A DNA stretch of 19,332 nt from positions 1-19,332 of the forward strand of contig JBBQPO010000097.1 of NCBI GenBank assembly GCA_038217285.1, written 5' to 3'. The position numbers were made by a program, and so were the translations under genes. This stretch comes from Chthonomonadales bacterium (GTDB taxonomy: Bacteria; Armatimonadota; Chthonomonadetes; Chthonomonadales; Chthonomonadaceae). Below the pieces are notes generated by a model. The model was not told the origin of the DNA and ran no database searches. It was given only the letters and a program-made list of their open reading frames with translations. Of this stretch, positions 18,645 to 19,332 are shown piece after piece (the stretch's first letter is position 1; the number at the start of each line of letters is the position of its first letter).

Positions 18645-19192
18645 TCACGGCTCCTGCAGAGCAACGCCGTGTACCAATGCCATGAGCGTATGCGCTACGT
18701 AGTCGATTCGGACACGTGAGCTGGTCAATGACTCACGTACTCCCCCCAGAGAACGATCCGGTTTGGGCATGGCGTAGGTGTCTTCCGCACGAATGATAAG
18801 CCGATCCACAAACCTGTAGCCGTCTCTCCAAGACATCCGGTACTGTTCAGCCCGCGCTACGTCGCCGTAACGCAATGCTACTCGGTGGGCGGCGGCGATC
18901 CCTTCCATCACGCAGGCCGTGTGAAAGCCGGGGCCGTCCTGGGCATAGTTGACCAGGAACGCTCCATTGGTCTCTAACTGTTGCGAGAGCGCCCAGTCCG
19001 CAAGTTCGAAGACGAACAATGCTATCTCCTGACGTTGGGTCAAGTCATACAAAGCCGACCAGGCCTGCAAGTGCCACCACACCAGGCCCCAGGATCGTGT
19101 GAGCCGAAATCGGCGCTGGTACCATTGCAGATGCTCACGTAAGGCGTCAGGTAACGCCTCAGGGCCCTTAAGAACAGCCATAGAAGCAGCCA
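18645..19192 (-). pseudogene. 3' fragment of a helical (alpha/alpha barrel-like) protein interrupted by an IS
   Basis: Contains FVFELADW, TACVMEGIAAA and GGVRESLTSSRVRIDYVAHTLMAL, a C-terminal RID-x-x-x-H signature I associate with longer alpha-toroid proteins, some carrying AMMECR1 domains. The ORF-track N-terminus MFKFAGMY is read from IS sequence. Confidence 0.65.
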
Positions 19193-19332
19193 TGTACATT
19201 CCGGCGAATTTGAACACTGATTCCGTTTCAAAATGAACACTGAATCGCGTTCAAAATGAACACTGATTCCGTTTCAATCTGAACGGTCTGGAGCGAAGCT
19301 ACGCGGGTGATATATTATGGCTGTACGGACGG
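19193..19332 (+). mobile_element. End (probably left end) of an IS21-family insertion sequence; istA/istB lie outside the window
   Basis: Begins TGTACATTCCGGCGAATTTGAACAC, followed by three 23-bp internal repeats TGAACACTGA(T/A)TC-x-x-x-TTCAA (19211-19233, 19234-19256, 19257-19279) and GGAGCGAAGCTACGC. A 5'-TG terminus with multiple subterminal repeats is characteristic of IS21 ends. Confidence 0.85.

Noticed and set aside
19211-19286. 23-bp repeats as a CRISPR array or plasmid iterons
   Set aside because: The repeats are contiguous with no unique spacers, there is no cas or rep gene, and they follow a TG-terminal IS21-like end.

Overview
High-GC bacterial chromosomal window; the protein styles loosely suggest Armatimonadota or a similar lineage, which is not proven. 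From left to right: (1) a minus-strand efflux operon (MarR regulator, periplasmic adaptor, ABC ATPase, MacB-type permease, MFS transporter; 420-6279); (2) a divergent XRE-HTH/TPR regulator with a near-consensus sigma70 promoter, coupled to a lipoprotein gene; (3) mnmG followed by a secreted serine hydrolase; (4) a decayed two-gene module, made of a small protein whose likely start codon reads ATA and a 14-codon stub resembling a nucleotidyltransferase start; (5) a 935-aa fusion of a DUF4910/M28 metallopeptidase-like region, a winged helix and an AAC(3)-family acyltransferase, the most interesting intact gene here; (6) a junction with a 19-bp tandem duplication and a frameshifted ankyrin relic; (7) an apparently lower-GC accessory block with a 689-aa unknown membrane protein and the 3' part of a helical-barrel-like gene, cut at 19192/19193 by an IS21-family end that runs off the window. 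All family calls are by-eye motif recognition; no searches were run.
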